Positions 25,173 through 35,178 of a DNA stretch of 48,411 bases are shown piece by piece; within the stretch, counting starts at the first letter, position 1; each line of letters starts with the position of its first letter. The position numbers and the translations under genes are program-made. The stretch is from Patescibacteria group bacterium (GTDB taxonomy: Bacteria; Patescibacteriota; Minisyncoccia; Moranbacterales; JAKLHP01). The DNA lies in NCBI GenBank assembly GCA_043803385.1, contig JAZDKA010000018.1, forward strand, positions 1-48,411, given 5' to 3'. The notes beneath the pieces are model-generated. The model did no database searches and was not told where the DNA came from. It saw only the letters and a list, made by a program, of their open reading frames with translations.

Positions 25173-26948
25173 ATGGTTCAAAACAATTTTTCCAAGAAAA
25201 AAATAACCCAAAGCCTATCCATAAATAATTGGAGAATTTATTCATTGGTTTTTTTTGTAGTGGCAATAGCCTTTGCCATTGTTTCGCGCCTTTTTTTCCT
25301 TCAAGTCGTTTCGGGAGAATCCTATCGGGCTATCGCGGAAAACCAGCATAAAATTCTGGAAACACTTAATCCAAGGCGGGGAGAGATTTATCTCAAAGAA
25401 GGAAAAGATATTTATCCGCTGGCAATCAATAGGGATTTGCAGATGGCCTACGTAGTTCCCAAAGAAGTTGAAAACGGAGATGATTTAGTAAAAAAAGTTT
25501 CTCAGATTTTAGGCCTTGAGGAAGATTTTATAAGAGAGAAAATTTCCAATCCGGAAGATATGTTTGAGATTCTAAAGCACAGGCTTAACGATGATGAAGC
25601 CAATAGAATAAAAGAACTTAGTCTGCCGGGAATTCATTTCTCTCCGGAACCGGTGCGATTTTATCCTGGAGGAGAATTAGCTTCGCAGGTCGTTGGTTTT
25701 GTCGGGTCGGACGGGGGAAAAGAAGTCGGGCGTTACGGGCTTGAAGCTTATTTCGAGAATGTTCTTAAAGGACAGGAAGGAAAACTTGACCAAGAAAGAG
25801 ATACAGGCGGAAGGTGGATTTCCGTGACTGACAGAAATATTGAGCCGGCCAAAGACGGAGACTCGCTGGTTTTGACGATTGACCATACAATCCAATATGA
25901 AGTGGAAAAAATAGTAAAAGAAACAGTCGAAAAGCACGGAGCCGATAATGGAACGGCTATTGTAATGGAAGTAAAGACCGGAAAAATTCTAGCTATGGCC
26001 AACTTTCCCAATTTCAATCCCAATGACTATGGAAAAACCGAAGACATGTCTCTTTTTATGAATAATGCGGTAGATCTTCCTTATGAATGCGGTTCGGTCT
26101 TTAAAACAATTACTTTAGCTACTGCCATCGATGATGAGAAAATAGAACCTGACACTACATATGTTGATACTGGCTTGGTTAGGGAGGCAGGATACGGAAT
26201 AAAAAATTCTGATGAGAAATCATACGGAACGCAAACAATGACTCAAGTTCTTGAAAAATCCTTGAATACCGGCGCGATTTATGCCGAAAAATTAGTAGGA
26301 AACAAGAGATTTGCGGAGTATATGAATCGTTTCGGATTAGGACAAAAAACGGGAATAGAACTTCCTTCTGAATCGCCAGGGAACATAAAAAATCTCGAAG
26401 CTTTGAAAAGAAGCATTCAATTTTTTACCGCTTCTTTTGGACAGGGAATTTCCATTACTCCGATCCAGCTTATTAATGCTTATGCCGCGATTGCCAATAA
26501 AGGAATGATGATGAAGCCCCAGCTGGTTGAAAAAATAATCCATCCGGACGGAACAGAAGAAGAAATAAAACCGGTTGAAATTAGGAAAGTAATTTCTGAA
26601 GATTCCGCCAAAAAAGTTTCCCAGATGCTTCGAAGCGTGGTGGTGAACGGACACGGAAAAAGAGCTGATGTTCCGGGGTATCTTGTGGGAGGAAAAACTG
26701 GAACTGCCCAAGTCGCAAGTTCAAGCGTCAAGGGATATGAAGAGGGGATTGCAATCGGTTCTTTTGTTGGATATGCGCCAGTTGATGACCCGGAGTTCGT
26801 AGTATTAGTGAAGTTTTTCGACCCCAAGGATGTCCAGTGGGCGGAATCAACAGCCGCGCCGGCATTTGGCAGGATTATGAAATTATTGCTAGAGTATTAT
26901 AAAGTAGAGCCAACAGAAGCGTACGACATTAATAAATTAACTAGTTAA
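25173..26948 (+). CDS. ftsI: Class B penicillin-binding protein (FtsI/PBP3-like transpeptidase)
   Basis: RGEI, RFYP, GLE pedestal motifs; SVFK, SLN, KTGT catalytic motifs. Confidence 0.9.
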   Translation: MVQNNFSKKKITQSLSINNWRIYSLVFFVVAIAFAIVSRLFFLQVVSGESYRAIAENQHKILETLNPRRGEIYLKEGKDIYPLAINRDLQMAYVVPKEVENGDDLVKKVSQILGLEEDFIREKISNPEDMFEILKHRLNDDEANRIKELSLPGIHFSPEPVRFYPGGELASQVVGFVGSDGGKEVGRYGLEAYFENVLKGQEGKLDQERDTGGRWISVTDRNIEPAKDGDSLVLTIDHTIQYEVEKIVKETVEKHGADNGTAIVMEVKTGKILAMANFPNFNPNDYGKTEDMSLFMNNAVDLPYECGSVFKTITLATAIDDEKIEPDTTYVDTGLVREAGYGIKNSDEKSYGTQTMTQVLEKSLNTGAIYAEKLVGNKRFAEYMNRFGLGQKTGIELPSESPGNIKNLEALKRSIQFFTASFGQGISITPIQLINAYAAIANKGMMMKPQLVEKIIHPDGTEEEIKPVEIRKVISEDSAKKVSQMLRSVVVNGHGKRADVPGYLVGGKTGTAQVASSSVKGYEEGIAIGSFVGYAPVDDPEFVVLVKFFDPKDVQWAESTAAPAFGRIMKLLLEYYKVEPTEAYDINKLTS

Positions 26949-27077
26949 TTTATTAATGAATTTTGAATTTTAAATTCTAAATTTTTCAGCTCAGGGCTGA
27001 TCTGCCTAGAGCGGAAAATCAATATCAAATTTATAAATGTCTGAATGTTTAAAATTTAGCCTTTAGAATTACCGATT

Positions 27078-28376
27078 ATGAAGCCTAAAAAAATAATTTA
27101 TCTTGAAAAGATGCTCCGGTTTATGGCGAAGGCGGTTCTTCGCAAATACAAGCCTGTGATTGTCGGGATTACCGGATCCGTGGGAAAAACTTCCACTAAA
27201 GAAGCGGTATTTTTGGTTTTATGCTTGAAATTTTTCGTAAGGAAAAATGAAAAAAATTACAACAATGAAATAGGATTGCCTCTTACCATTATAGGCGCCG
27301 AAAACGGAAACAAGTCGCCCTTAAAATGGGCAAAAGTTTTTTTGAAATGGCTTTACGTTATTATTTTCCCGGCAAGCTATCCGGAAATTTTAATTTTGGA
27401 AATGGGAGTGGACAGGCCGGGGGATATGGAATATCTAACCTCTTTTATCAAACCTACGGTCGGAATTTTTACCAATGTCCATTCCAGCCATTTAGAATAT
27501 TTTAAAAGTGTTGATTACATTGCCAGAGAAAAAGGGAAAATAATCCAAAATATTCCCGAAGAGGGAGTAGCTATTTTGAACGGAGACGATGAAAAAGTGC
27601 ATGCTTTCAAAACTAAAATGAAAGCCAAGTCGATTACTATTGGACTCGGAGATGAAAATGATATTAAGGCTACAGACGTTTCCTATGGCTACAACGAAGG
27701 AAAGCTTCAGGGAATTAGCTTTAAGCTAAATTATGAAGGGAAAATAATTCCCATACGGCTTCCGCAAATTCTTGCTCCGCATTTTATTTACTCGGTTCTT
27801 TCAGCTGTTGCCTCTGGATTATATTTTAAAATGAATCTGGTTGATATCGCCAAGTCTCTGGAAAATTTTTCTTCTCCCCAAGGAAGAATGAAGCTTGTCG
27901 AGGGAATGAGCGGCAGTCTCATCATCGACGACACATATAATTCTTCCCCCAAAGCGGTTATTTCCGCCCTGAATGTTCTGGAAGAACTTAAAGCCCTAAG
28001 AAAAATTGTCATTCTGGGTGATATGCTTGAGCTGGGGATTGACTCCGAAAAAAGCCATGAAGAAGTTGTCAGGAAGACTTTTGAATCGGGAGCTTCGATA
28101 TTTTTTGCGGTGGGAGATAGAATAGCTGAAGCTACTCAAAAAATCTTCGGAAACAGCGGAAAACCTGGAAATATCTTTTTCTTTGATAATCCCGATTCCG
28201 CAGGATGTCAGCTGGCTGGAATTTTGCGAGACGGAGATTTGGTATTGATAAAAGGTTCGCAGGGAATGAGAATGGAAAAAGTAGTGGAGAAGGTTATTCC
28301 CAGAGAAGAAGATGCCAAAATTCTGCTTTGCCGGCAATCAAAGGACTGGAAGAATAAGGCTTTTTCAAAGCCATAG
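27078..28376 (+). CDS. murF: UDP-MurNAc-tripeptide:D-Ala-D-Ala ligase
   Basis: ITGSVGKTSTKE, NNEIGLPLT, DDTYNSSP, GDMLELG, KGSQG. Confidence 0.93.
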   Translation: MKPKKIIYLEKMLRFMAKAVLRKYKPVIVGITGSVGKTSTKEAVFLVLCLKFFVRKNEKNYNNEIGLPLTIIGAENGNKSPLKWAKVFLKWLYVIIFPASYPEILILEMGVDRPGDMEYLTSFIKPTVGIFTNVHSSHLEYFKSVDYIAREKGKIIQNIPEEGVAILNGDDEKVHAFKTKMKAKSITIGLGDENDIKATDVSYGYNEGKLQGISFKLNYEGKIIPIRLPQILAPHFIYSVLSAVASGLYFKMNLVDIAKSLENFSSPQGRMKLVEGMSGSLIIDDTYNSSPKAVISALNVLEELKALRKIVILGDMLELGIDSEKSHEEVVRKTFESGASIFFAVGDRIAEATQKIFGNSGKPGNIFFFDNPDSAGCQLAGILRDGDLVLIKGSQGMRMEKVVEKVIPREEDAKILLCRQSKDWKNKAFSKP

Positions 28377-28579
28377 ATTTGCTAAAAAGTTATGCACTTT
28401 TAAAGTTTGACTTAATTTTTCAAAGTTTTAAAATTAGAACATAGAAGATTATAGCAAAAAGGGGAATTATCATAATGATTGCTATAAAAAAACAAAAAAA
28501 CATCGCTAAAAGCATTTAAAGACAGCTTATTTTAAGTTGTTTTTTATTTTTATAAATTTTTAATAAGAAGAGGTATATT

Positions 28580-28789
28580 ATGCCGAGAAATTCTATCGAA
28601 GAATACTATAAAAACGAAATGGCAAAATGGGTTAAAGCTGAAAAAGAGATAGGTGAAATAAGAAGCAAAGTGAGAAAAGATACAATTGCCAGGATGGATT
28701 CTAGTCCGGAAAATAAAACACATGAATCAAGAAGATATTATTCTAATCCAGCTGAGCAAGAGCACAGAAAGAGAATGGATTTGAGGTAA
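28580..28789 (+). CDS. Small hypothetical protein, 69 aa
   Basis: AGAGGT SD-like site and charged helical sequence. Confidence 0.55.
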   Translation: MPRNSIEEYYKNEMAKWVKAEKEIGEIRSKVRKDTIARMDSSPENKTHESRRYYSNPAEQEHRKRMDLR

Positions 28790-28836
28790 TTTCGAGTTCC
28801 AAAAATTTTAAATAAAATGAAAAGAGGAGGTGGAAA

Positions 28837-29007
28837 ATGGGACTGTATGATGATATTAAAAGCAGTCTTGATGAAGTGAGAGATCCTTTTGACAATCATC
28901 TCGGAAAGGTCTTAAGGTATTTGGAAGGCGGAGAAAGGATTGATGACATTCCTATTGCTCCCCAAGAAGTTACCACTTCTCAAATTGGAGAAGAGAATTA
29001 CTTGTGA
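28837..29007 (+). CDS. Small acidic hypothetical protein, 56 aa
   Basis: GGAGGTG SD; MGLYDDIKSSLDEVRDPFDNHLGKVLRYLEGGERIDDIPIAPQEVTTSQIGEENYL*. Confidence 0.6.
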   Translation: MGLYDDIKSSLDEVRDPFDNHLGKVLRYLEGGERIDDIPIAPQEVTTSQIGEENYL

Positions 29008-29175
29008 TGCCTTTCAGAATCGATGGGCACTAGCTCTAATAGTTGGGATCAACTGATTTCAAAATTTGGCGAATTCATGATGAATTCAATTCATGCCAAA
29101 TCCAACTATTAGAGCTTTTTCTTTTGGCTAATTCTTGATAATTTATCAAATAACTGATAAATTACTTATTACTAT

Positions 29176-29250
29176 GCCGCGTTCGTCTAGCTGGTCCAGG
29201 ACATCAGATTCTCATTCTGAAGATCATGGGTTCGAATCCCATACGCGGTA
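29176..29250 (+). tRNA. tRNA-Glu(CTC)
   Basis: GCCGCGT/ACGCGGT acceptor, TCAGA-TT-CTC-AT-TCTGA, GGTTCGAATCC. Confidence 0.93.
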
Positions 29251-29309
29251 CGAGCGAGGTTGACATAAATTGATTTTTTCGTTATATTTCATAGGTAAAT
29301 TGATTTTTA

Positions 29310-29370
29310 ACCCTACTGAATATCCCGCCAAGGCGGGATTCCGACAGAGTCGGAATTCAACAGGGTAAAC
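29310..29370. repeat. Branched palindromic element (...GGGTAAAC family)
   Basis: accct...agggt-aaac ends enclose atcccgc/gcgggat and tccgac/gtcgga hairpins. Confidence 0.65.
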
Positions 29371-29424
29371 TTAAGCGGATAGGTTGTCGCTTTGAAAAGC
29401 GGCTTTTAATTTGTATTTATTTTT

Positions 29425-31218
29425 ATGGAGATAAGAGATATTGCAATTATTGCGCATGTAGACCATGGCAAAACCACTTTGACCGATGCTTTGATGCGCC
29501 AAACTGGAACGGTGAGCGAAGATTTTACGATGGATACCAATGATCTGGAAAAAGAAAGAGGCATCACGATTTATTCCAAAAATACTTCAATTATTTATAA
29601 AAATACTAAAATTAATATCGTTGATACTCCGGGACATGCTGATTTTGGTTCTGAAGTGGAGCGAGTTCTGCGTTCCATTGATTCGGTACTATTGGTCGTT
29701 GATGCGCAAGAAGGCCCGATGCCTCAAACTAAATTTGTGCTCAAAAAATCACTTGAGCTGGGACTCAAACCGATTGTGGTGATAAATAAAATAGACAAGC
29801 CGGCAGCTAATCCGGACTTAGCGCACGAACAAGTCCTTGAATTATTCATGGATCTCGGCGCCAGCGATGAACAATTAGATTTTAAAACCGTTTATGCGAT
29901 TGCCAAACAAGGAATTGCAAAATTAAAAATAGGCGAAGATTCAAAAGATTTGTCTCCGCTTTTGGATTTGATTCTGCGGGAAGTCCCAATCGCCTCAAGT
30001 GATGAAAAAAATTCTCTTCACTTGCGCGTCCAGCCTTTCAATTTGGGATATGATAATTTTCTCGGCCGGCTGGCGATTGCCAGGGTTCATGAAGGAACAA
30101 TAAAAAATAATCAGAATGTTTTTGTGAAAAGACCGTCCGGAAAAGTGAGATCTGGCAAGATAACCAAACTCTTTACTTTTTATGGGCTTGAAAGAAAAGA
30201 AACTCAAGAAGCTTCAGCCGGAGATATTGTGATGATTGCCGGGCTCCCGGACATTTTTATCGGCGAAACAATTTGCGAGAAAAATGACCAGGAAGCGCTT
30301 CCTGCGATCAGTATTGATGAGCCGACAATTTCGCTTAATTTTTTGGTTAATAATTCTCCGCTGGGAGGAAAAGAGGGAACTTTAGTGACCAACAGGCAGA
30401 TAAGGGAAAGATTGGAAAAAGAATTGGAAGTGAATGTTGGGCTAAAAATTAATTTTTCGTCCGTAGAATCGTATAAAGTTTACGGACGCGGAGAGCTTCA
30501 CATTGCCATTCTTCTTGAAAATATGAGGCGGGAAGGATACGAAGTTCAAGTTTCCCAGCCTCACGTTATTATTAAAAAAGATGAGAATGGCAATAAATTA
30601 GAACCATTTGAAGAAGTAATGATCGATGTTCCGGACGATATGTCGGGAACGGTAATTTCAAAAATGTCCAAGAGAAAAGGAAATATGGCGGAGATGAAAA
30701 TGGAAAACGGGCACACTAAAATGATTTTTGAAATTCCATCCCGCGGACTTTTTGGATACCGAAGCGAATTCGTGATTGATACCAAGGGAGAAGGAATTTT
30801 GTATTCCCGCGTTATCGGATTCAGGTCATATGTCGGAAAGATTGAAAAACACGAACTGGGTTCAATGACTTCAATGGCGACCGGAAAAGCTTTGGGATTT
30901 TCTTTGTATAATCTTCAGGAACGGGGAACTTTGTATATTGGAGCCAACGCGGATGTATATGAAGGAATGGTAATTGGAAATGTTTCCAAAGGAGACGAAA
31001 TGGCGGTAAATCCAATCAAGGGAAAACAAATGTCCAATATGCGTTCTTCGGGAGCCGATGAGGCGATTAAACTTATTCCTCCGCTGGATTTGACTTTGGA
31101 AAGGGGACTGGAAATAATGAAAGACGATGAATATCTGGAAGTGACGCCAAAAAATATCCGCCTTCGAAAAAAATATCTGACGGAAGTGGAAAGAACGAGA
31201 GCAAGGAGAAAAGGATAG
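29425..31218 (+). CDS. typA: Translational GTPase TypA/BipA
   Basis: [38 protein letters not shown]. Confidence 0.97.
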   Translation: MEIRDIAIIAHVDHGKTTLTDALMRQTGTVSEDFTMDTNDLEKERGITIYSKNTSIIYKNTKINIVDTPGHADFGSEVERVLRSIDSVLLVVDAQEGPMPQTKFVLKKSLELGLKPIVVINKIDKPAANPDLAHEQVLELFMDLGASDEQLDFKTVYAIAKQGIAKLKIGEDSKDLSPLLDLILREVPIASSDEKNSLHLRVQPFNLGYDNFLGRLAIARVHEGTIKNNQNVFVKRPSGKVRSGKITKLFTFYGLERKETQEASAGDIVMIAGLPDIFIGETICEKNDQEALPAISIDEPTISLNFLVNNSPLGGKEGTLVTNRQIRERLEKELEVNVGLKINFSSVESYKVYGRGELHIAILLENMRREGYEVQVSQPHVIIKKDENGNKLEPFEEVMIDVPDDMSGTVISKMSKRKGNMAEMKMENGHTKMIFEIPSRGLFGYRSEFVIDTKGEGILYSRVIGFRSYVGKIEKHELGSMTSMATGKALGFSLYNLQERGTLYIGANADVYEGMVIGNVSKGDEMAVNPIKGKQMSNMRSSGADEAIKLIPPLDLTLERGLEIMKDDEYLEVTPKNIRLRKKYLTEVERTRARRKG

Positions 31219-31256
31219 GTTTTTTTATCTTTTTATAAATAAAAAAGGCACTGTGG

Positions 31257-31646
31257 TTAAGTGCCTTTGTTTTCTTTTTCTGGCGGTGTCGTTATTTCTA
31301 ATATTGTATTTTTTATTAGTACTGTCACCGACTTATATTCCTCAAAGAATTTTTCTAAATCATTTCCTGCATATGCTATACGGCGAAGACTGATTCCATC
31401 TTCTTTAATCATGCCGATAAATGTTTCAATCTCTTTCCTTATCTTTTTCTTTATTCCTTTGTCGATTATTTCGATTGATATAATTAAAAATGGTTCTAAA
31501 ACATTATCCCAAAATATGACGTTGGTTTTTACTACGCCATTGGTGAATTTTTCCACCTTATTACCGAAACTCTTTATATTTTTTTCTACTTCTTTAGCTG
31601 TAGTAATCCATTCAATGCATGGTTTAGCATAGTATTTTTTGTGCAT
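31257..31646 (-). CDS. Hypothetical protein
   Basis: 129-aa ORF with GGAGG SD and genome-like composition. Confidence 0.65.
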   Translation of the reverse strand: MHKKYYAKPCIEWITTAKEVEKNIKSFGNKVEKFTNGVVKTNVIFWDNVLEPFLIISIEIIDKGIKKKIRKEIETFIGMIKEDGISLRRIAYAGNDLEKFFEEYKSVTVLIKNTILEITTPPEKENKGT

Positions 31647-31803
31647 TTTTCCTCCTTGATAATTTCAATGAACCGATTATATATCATAGAACTTTGCAGG
31701 GGAAAAGTCAAATGTTTTTCTTGGCATATTTTTCTTGCCTTTTCTAGTCTAAATGGTAGAATTTAATGAGTTATTAAGTCAGTTAAATGAAACTGGATTT
31801 TTT

Positions 31804-32871
31804 ATGAATTTCAAGGAAATACTTCAGGATTTCAAGAAAAGGATAGATAAAGAAATAGCCATATTCTTCGATAAAGCAATTAAAGAAGCCAAAAGCAAAG
31901 ACAGGGTGATAGCTGACGCTCTTCAGTATGTCAAGGATTTAACTCTGGCGGGAGGAAAAAGAATTCGTCCCGCTTTGATGTATTATGGTTATATTGGCAT
32001 TGGAGGGAAAGAAAAAGAAAAAATGCTCAAAACTTCCGTGAGTATCGAGCTTATCCATATGTTTCTTTTGATACATGATGACATTATCGACAGGGATATC
32101 GAACGACATGGGAAAGAAACAATCAGCAGGAGATACGAAAAACTGGGGAAAAAATTATTCCCCCAAAAAGATTCAAAGCACTTTGGAACTTCAATCGCCC
32201 TTATTATCGGTGATATGATAGCGGCGCTTGGGAACCAAATAATATTTAACTCTGGATTTAATGAGAAAGATATTATGAAAGCCCTTTCCGGGCTTCAATC
32301 AATTGTATCGTATACTGTCATTGGAGAAGTAAAGGACTTTTATATCGAATACAAAGGAAAAGCAACGGAAAAAGATGTGCTAGATATGTATGAATATAAA
32401 ACGGCGAAGTATACCATCGAAGGCCCGCTTCATTTAGGAGCCGTTCTGGGAGGAGCAGACGAAAAATTTCTCAAATCAATTTCTGCTTATTCTATGCCGG
32501 TCGGAATCGCTTTTCAGATCCAGGATGATATTTTAGGAATTTTTGGAGATGAAAAGAAATTGGGAAAAGAAGTCGGATCGGATATCAAAGAAGGAAAGAT
32601 TACCATTTTAGTTACCAAAGTTTGGGAAAGAGCGAGTAGGGAGCAAAGAAAAGTATTTGACGGAATTTTAGGAAAACAGAATTTGGCTAAAAATGATATC
32701 GAGATTTTTAGAAGCATAGTAACGGAAACCGGAGCCTTGGATTATGCTAAAAAAATAACAAGAAGGCACATAGCCAAAGCGCAAGAAGAACTCAAAAAGA
32801 TCAAGATGGAAAAAGAAGCCAAGGAATTTCTTTTTGGCATGGCGGAATATATGACGCAGAGAGAAGTGTAG
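31804..32871 (+). CDS. Polyprenyl (trans-isoprenyl) diphosphate synthase
   Basis: GGKRIRP, HDDIID (FARM), KTA, FQIQDDILG (SARM region). Confidence 0.93.
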   Translation: MNFKEILQDFKKRIDKEIAIFFDKAIKEAKSKDRVIADALQYVKDLTLAGGKRIRPALMYYGYIGIGGKEKEKMLKTSVSIELIHMFLLIHDDIIDRDIERHGKETISRRYEKLGKKLFPQKDSKHFGTSIALIIGDMIAALGNQIIFNSGFNEKDIMKALSGLQSIVSYTVIGEVKDFYIEYKGKATEKDVLDMYEYKTAKYTIEGPLHLGAVLGGADEKFLKSISAYSMPVGIAFQIQDDILGIFGDEKKLGKEVGSDIKEGKITILVTKVWERASREQRKVFDGILGKQNLAKNDIEIFRSIVTETGALDYAKKITRRHIAKAQEELKKIKMEKEAKEFLFGMAEYMTQREV

Positions 32872-32947
32872 TTAGTTTTTAGCTTATAGCTTATAGGCTT
32901 TTCAATTTTTTGTGATACAATTACAATATTGTTATAAATATTTTTTT

Positions 32948-33655
32948 ATGTCTGATATAAACATTCCAAAGCATGTGGCAATCATACCGGACGGCAATAG
33001 GCGCTGGGCAAAAAAAAGAGGGATGAAACCTTGGGAGGGCCATGAGTTTGGAGCAAAAAATACCAAAAAATTGGTAAGTAGAGCTTTTCATCTTGGCATA
33101 AGATGCCTTTCATTCTGGGGATCTTCGCTTGAAAATCTCAAAAAGCGCCCATTGCAGGAGAAGAAAGCGCTCCTTGGGATTTATGAGAAGTATTTTAGAG
33201 ATCTTGCAAACAGCGAAGAAGTCCACAAAAACAAAGCAAAAATTAATTTTATCGGAAAGTGGGAAGAACAGTTTCCTAACAGGCTGAAAAAGATAATTTA
33301 CGAATGCATCCAGAGGACGAAGGATTACAAGGAATATTTTTTGAATTTTTTCCTGGCGTATAACGGCGATGATGAAATGATTGAAGCGGTAAAAAATATT
33401 ATAAAAAAATATAAAGCAGGGGATAAAATAACCGGGGAAGCAATAAAAGAAAATTTGATGACCAGAGATATTCCAGCCGTTGATTTTCTGGTGAGGACTG
33501 GAGGGGAACCCCATCTTTCTGCCGGATTTATGATGTGGGACATTGCCGATTCCCAAATGTATTTTTCCCGGAAACTATATCCTGATTTTGGCGAAGAAGA
33601 TTTTGAAAAAGCGGTAAAAGATTATCAGGAAAGAGAAAGGAGAATGGGGAAATAG
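32948..33655 (+). CDS. uppS: Undecaprenyl diphosphate synthase (cis-prenyltransferase)
   Basis: HVAIIPDGNRRWA, ENLKKR, RTGGE. Confidence 0.93.
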   Translation: MSDINIPKHVAIIPDGNRRWAKKRGMKPWEGHEFGAKNTKKLVSRAFHLGIRCLSFWGSSLENLKKRPLQEKKALLGIYEKYFRDLANSEEVHKNKAKINFIGKWEEQFPNRLKKIIYECIQRTKDYKEYFLNFFLAYNGDDEMIEAVKNIIKKYKAGDKITGEAIKENLMTRDIPAVDFLVRTGGEPHLSAGFMMWDIADSQMYFSRKLYPDFGEEDFEKAVKDYQERERRMGK

Positions 33656-33793
33656 GATTTCTTTACGAATTACGAATTGAGTACGAATATACGAATAATT
33701 TGTATATTTATAGCTGATTTGTGGATTTGTAGTGCAGAAGCTTTCTTAACTTATACGACTAATATTTTTTAATGAATTAATTTTTTAAATTTT

Positions 33794-34111
33794 ATGGTAA
33801 CAGAATTTAATGATAAAAATTTCGAACAAGAGGTAATTAAAAGCGGCAAGCCGGTGCTGGTTGATTTTTGGGCGACTTGGTGCGGGCCATGCCAGATGAT
33901 GGGTCCGATTATTGGCGAGCTTTCCAGGGAAATGGAAGGAAAAGTAAAAATAGGAAAGCTGGAAGTGGATTCCAATCCCGAGATAGCCGAAAAGTATGAA
34001 ATTATGTCCATTCCAGCACTAAAGGTTTTCAAAAATGGACAAGTTGTAAAAGAATTTACCGGATTGCAAAATAAGGAAATATTAAGGAAGGAATTGGAAG
34101 GAATTATCTAG
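33794..34111 (+). CDS. trxA: Thioredoxin
   Basis: DFWATWCGPC active site, SIP cis-Pro loop. Confidence 0.97.
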   Translation: MVTEFNDKNFEQEVIKSGKPVLVDFWATWCGPCQMMGPIIGELSREMEGKVKIGKLEVDSNPEIAEKYEIMSIPALKVFKNGQVVKEFTGLQNKEILRKELEGII

Positions 34112-34120
34112 CTTCATGGG

Positions 34121-34222
34121 GCTTACGCATTTGCCTCTGTCAAGGCCGTAGCTCCGCCGCGATGCCGGACAATTTTATAATCGCGCCTCCGAAAACGGCT
34201 TGCCATAGTCAAATGCGTAAGC
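34121..34222 (+). mobile_element. About 104-bp MITE-like element, copy 2
   Basis: Same terminal inverted repeats and internal sequence as 24539-24642. Confidence 0.8.
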
Positions 34223-34252
34223 TAAGTAAGATTAGCTAAAAACTGGAAAATT

Positions 34253-35062
34253 ATGGAACTTTCAATTGCTATCAACAATTACCGCAATCCGGAACTTCTG
34301 AAGCTCTGCATCAATTCTATCAAAAAAAACGTATTAGGCATTGAGTATGAATTAATTGTGGCTGACGCGGAAACCGAAGAAGGAACGGAAATGATGATGA
34401 GGGAGGATTATCCGGATGTAAGGTTTTTCCCATTCAGAAAAAATGTTGGCTTTCAGGCGATGCTAAAGAAAGGAATAGAGAAGAGCAAAGGAGACTACAT
34501 TCTGCTTCTCAATGGAGATATTATCGTGAATCCCGGTTCAGCAGAAAAATTGCTGGAATATGTCAAAAAAAATCCGGAAGTAGGAATAGCTGGGCCAAAA
34601 CTCTTAAATTTTAACGGGACTTTGCAATATTCCTGCTTCCATTATTATAAACCGCTTACCATTATCTATCGAAGGATATTATTTATCCAGAAATTCGGTT
34701 TTGTTAAAAAACACCTGGATTGGTTTTCAATGAAAGATTATGATCATGAAAACATTAAAGAAGTGGATTGGCTTATGGGGTCGGCTATGCTGGTTTCAAG
34801 GAAGGCCGCGGAAAAAGTCGGAATGATGGATCCCCAATTTTTTATGTACATGGAAGACGTTGATTGGTGCCGAAGATTTTGGGAAAATGGATTTAAAGTG
34901 GTATATTATCCCTTGTCGGTTATGAATCATTATCACGGAAAAGGAAGCGATAAAGGCGGGCTTTTTCGTTCTGTATCCAATAAACTTACCTGGATACACG
35001 TTAGGAGCGCGATTAAATATTTTTGGAAATATAGGGGAAAAGAAATACCGAAGCACAAATAA
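34253..35062 (+). CDS. Glycosyltransferase family 2 (WbbL/rhamnosyltransferase-like)
   Basis: NVGF, LLLNGD, VDWLMGS, FFMYMEDVDWCRR. Confidence 0.9.
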   Translation: MELSIAINNYRNPELLKLCINSIKKNVLGIEYELIVADAETEEGTEMMMREDYPDVRFFPFRKNVGFQAMLKKGIEKSKGDYILLLNGDIIVNPGSAEKLLEYVKKNPEVGIAGPKLLNFNGTLQYSCFHYYKPLTIIYRRILFIQKFGFVKKHLDWFSMKDYDHENIKEVDWLMGSAMLVSRKAAEKVGMMDPQFFMYMEDVDWCRRFWENGFKVVYYPLSVMNHYHGKGSDKGGLFRSVSNKLTWIHVRSAIKYFWKYRGKEIPKHK

Positions 35063-35178
35063 AATAAATCCCAAGTACCAAACCCCAATGTCAAACAAAA
35101 TCCCAAGTTCAAATTTTAAAATTTTTGGATTAGGAACTTTATTGGAAATTGGCACTTGGAAATTGGGATTTTAAATCT

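Noticed and set aside
31261-31632. Plus-strand 123-aa ORF and the many other antisense ORFs over long genes
   Set aside because: F/S/I-rich shadow frames opposite genes with better start signals or clear homology.
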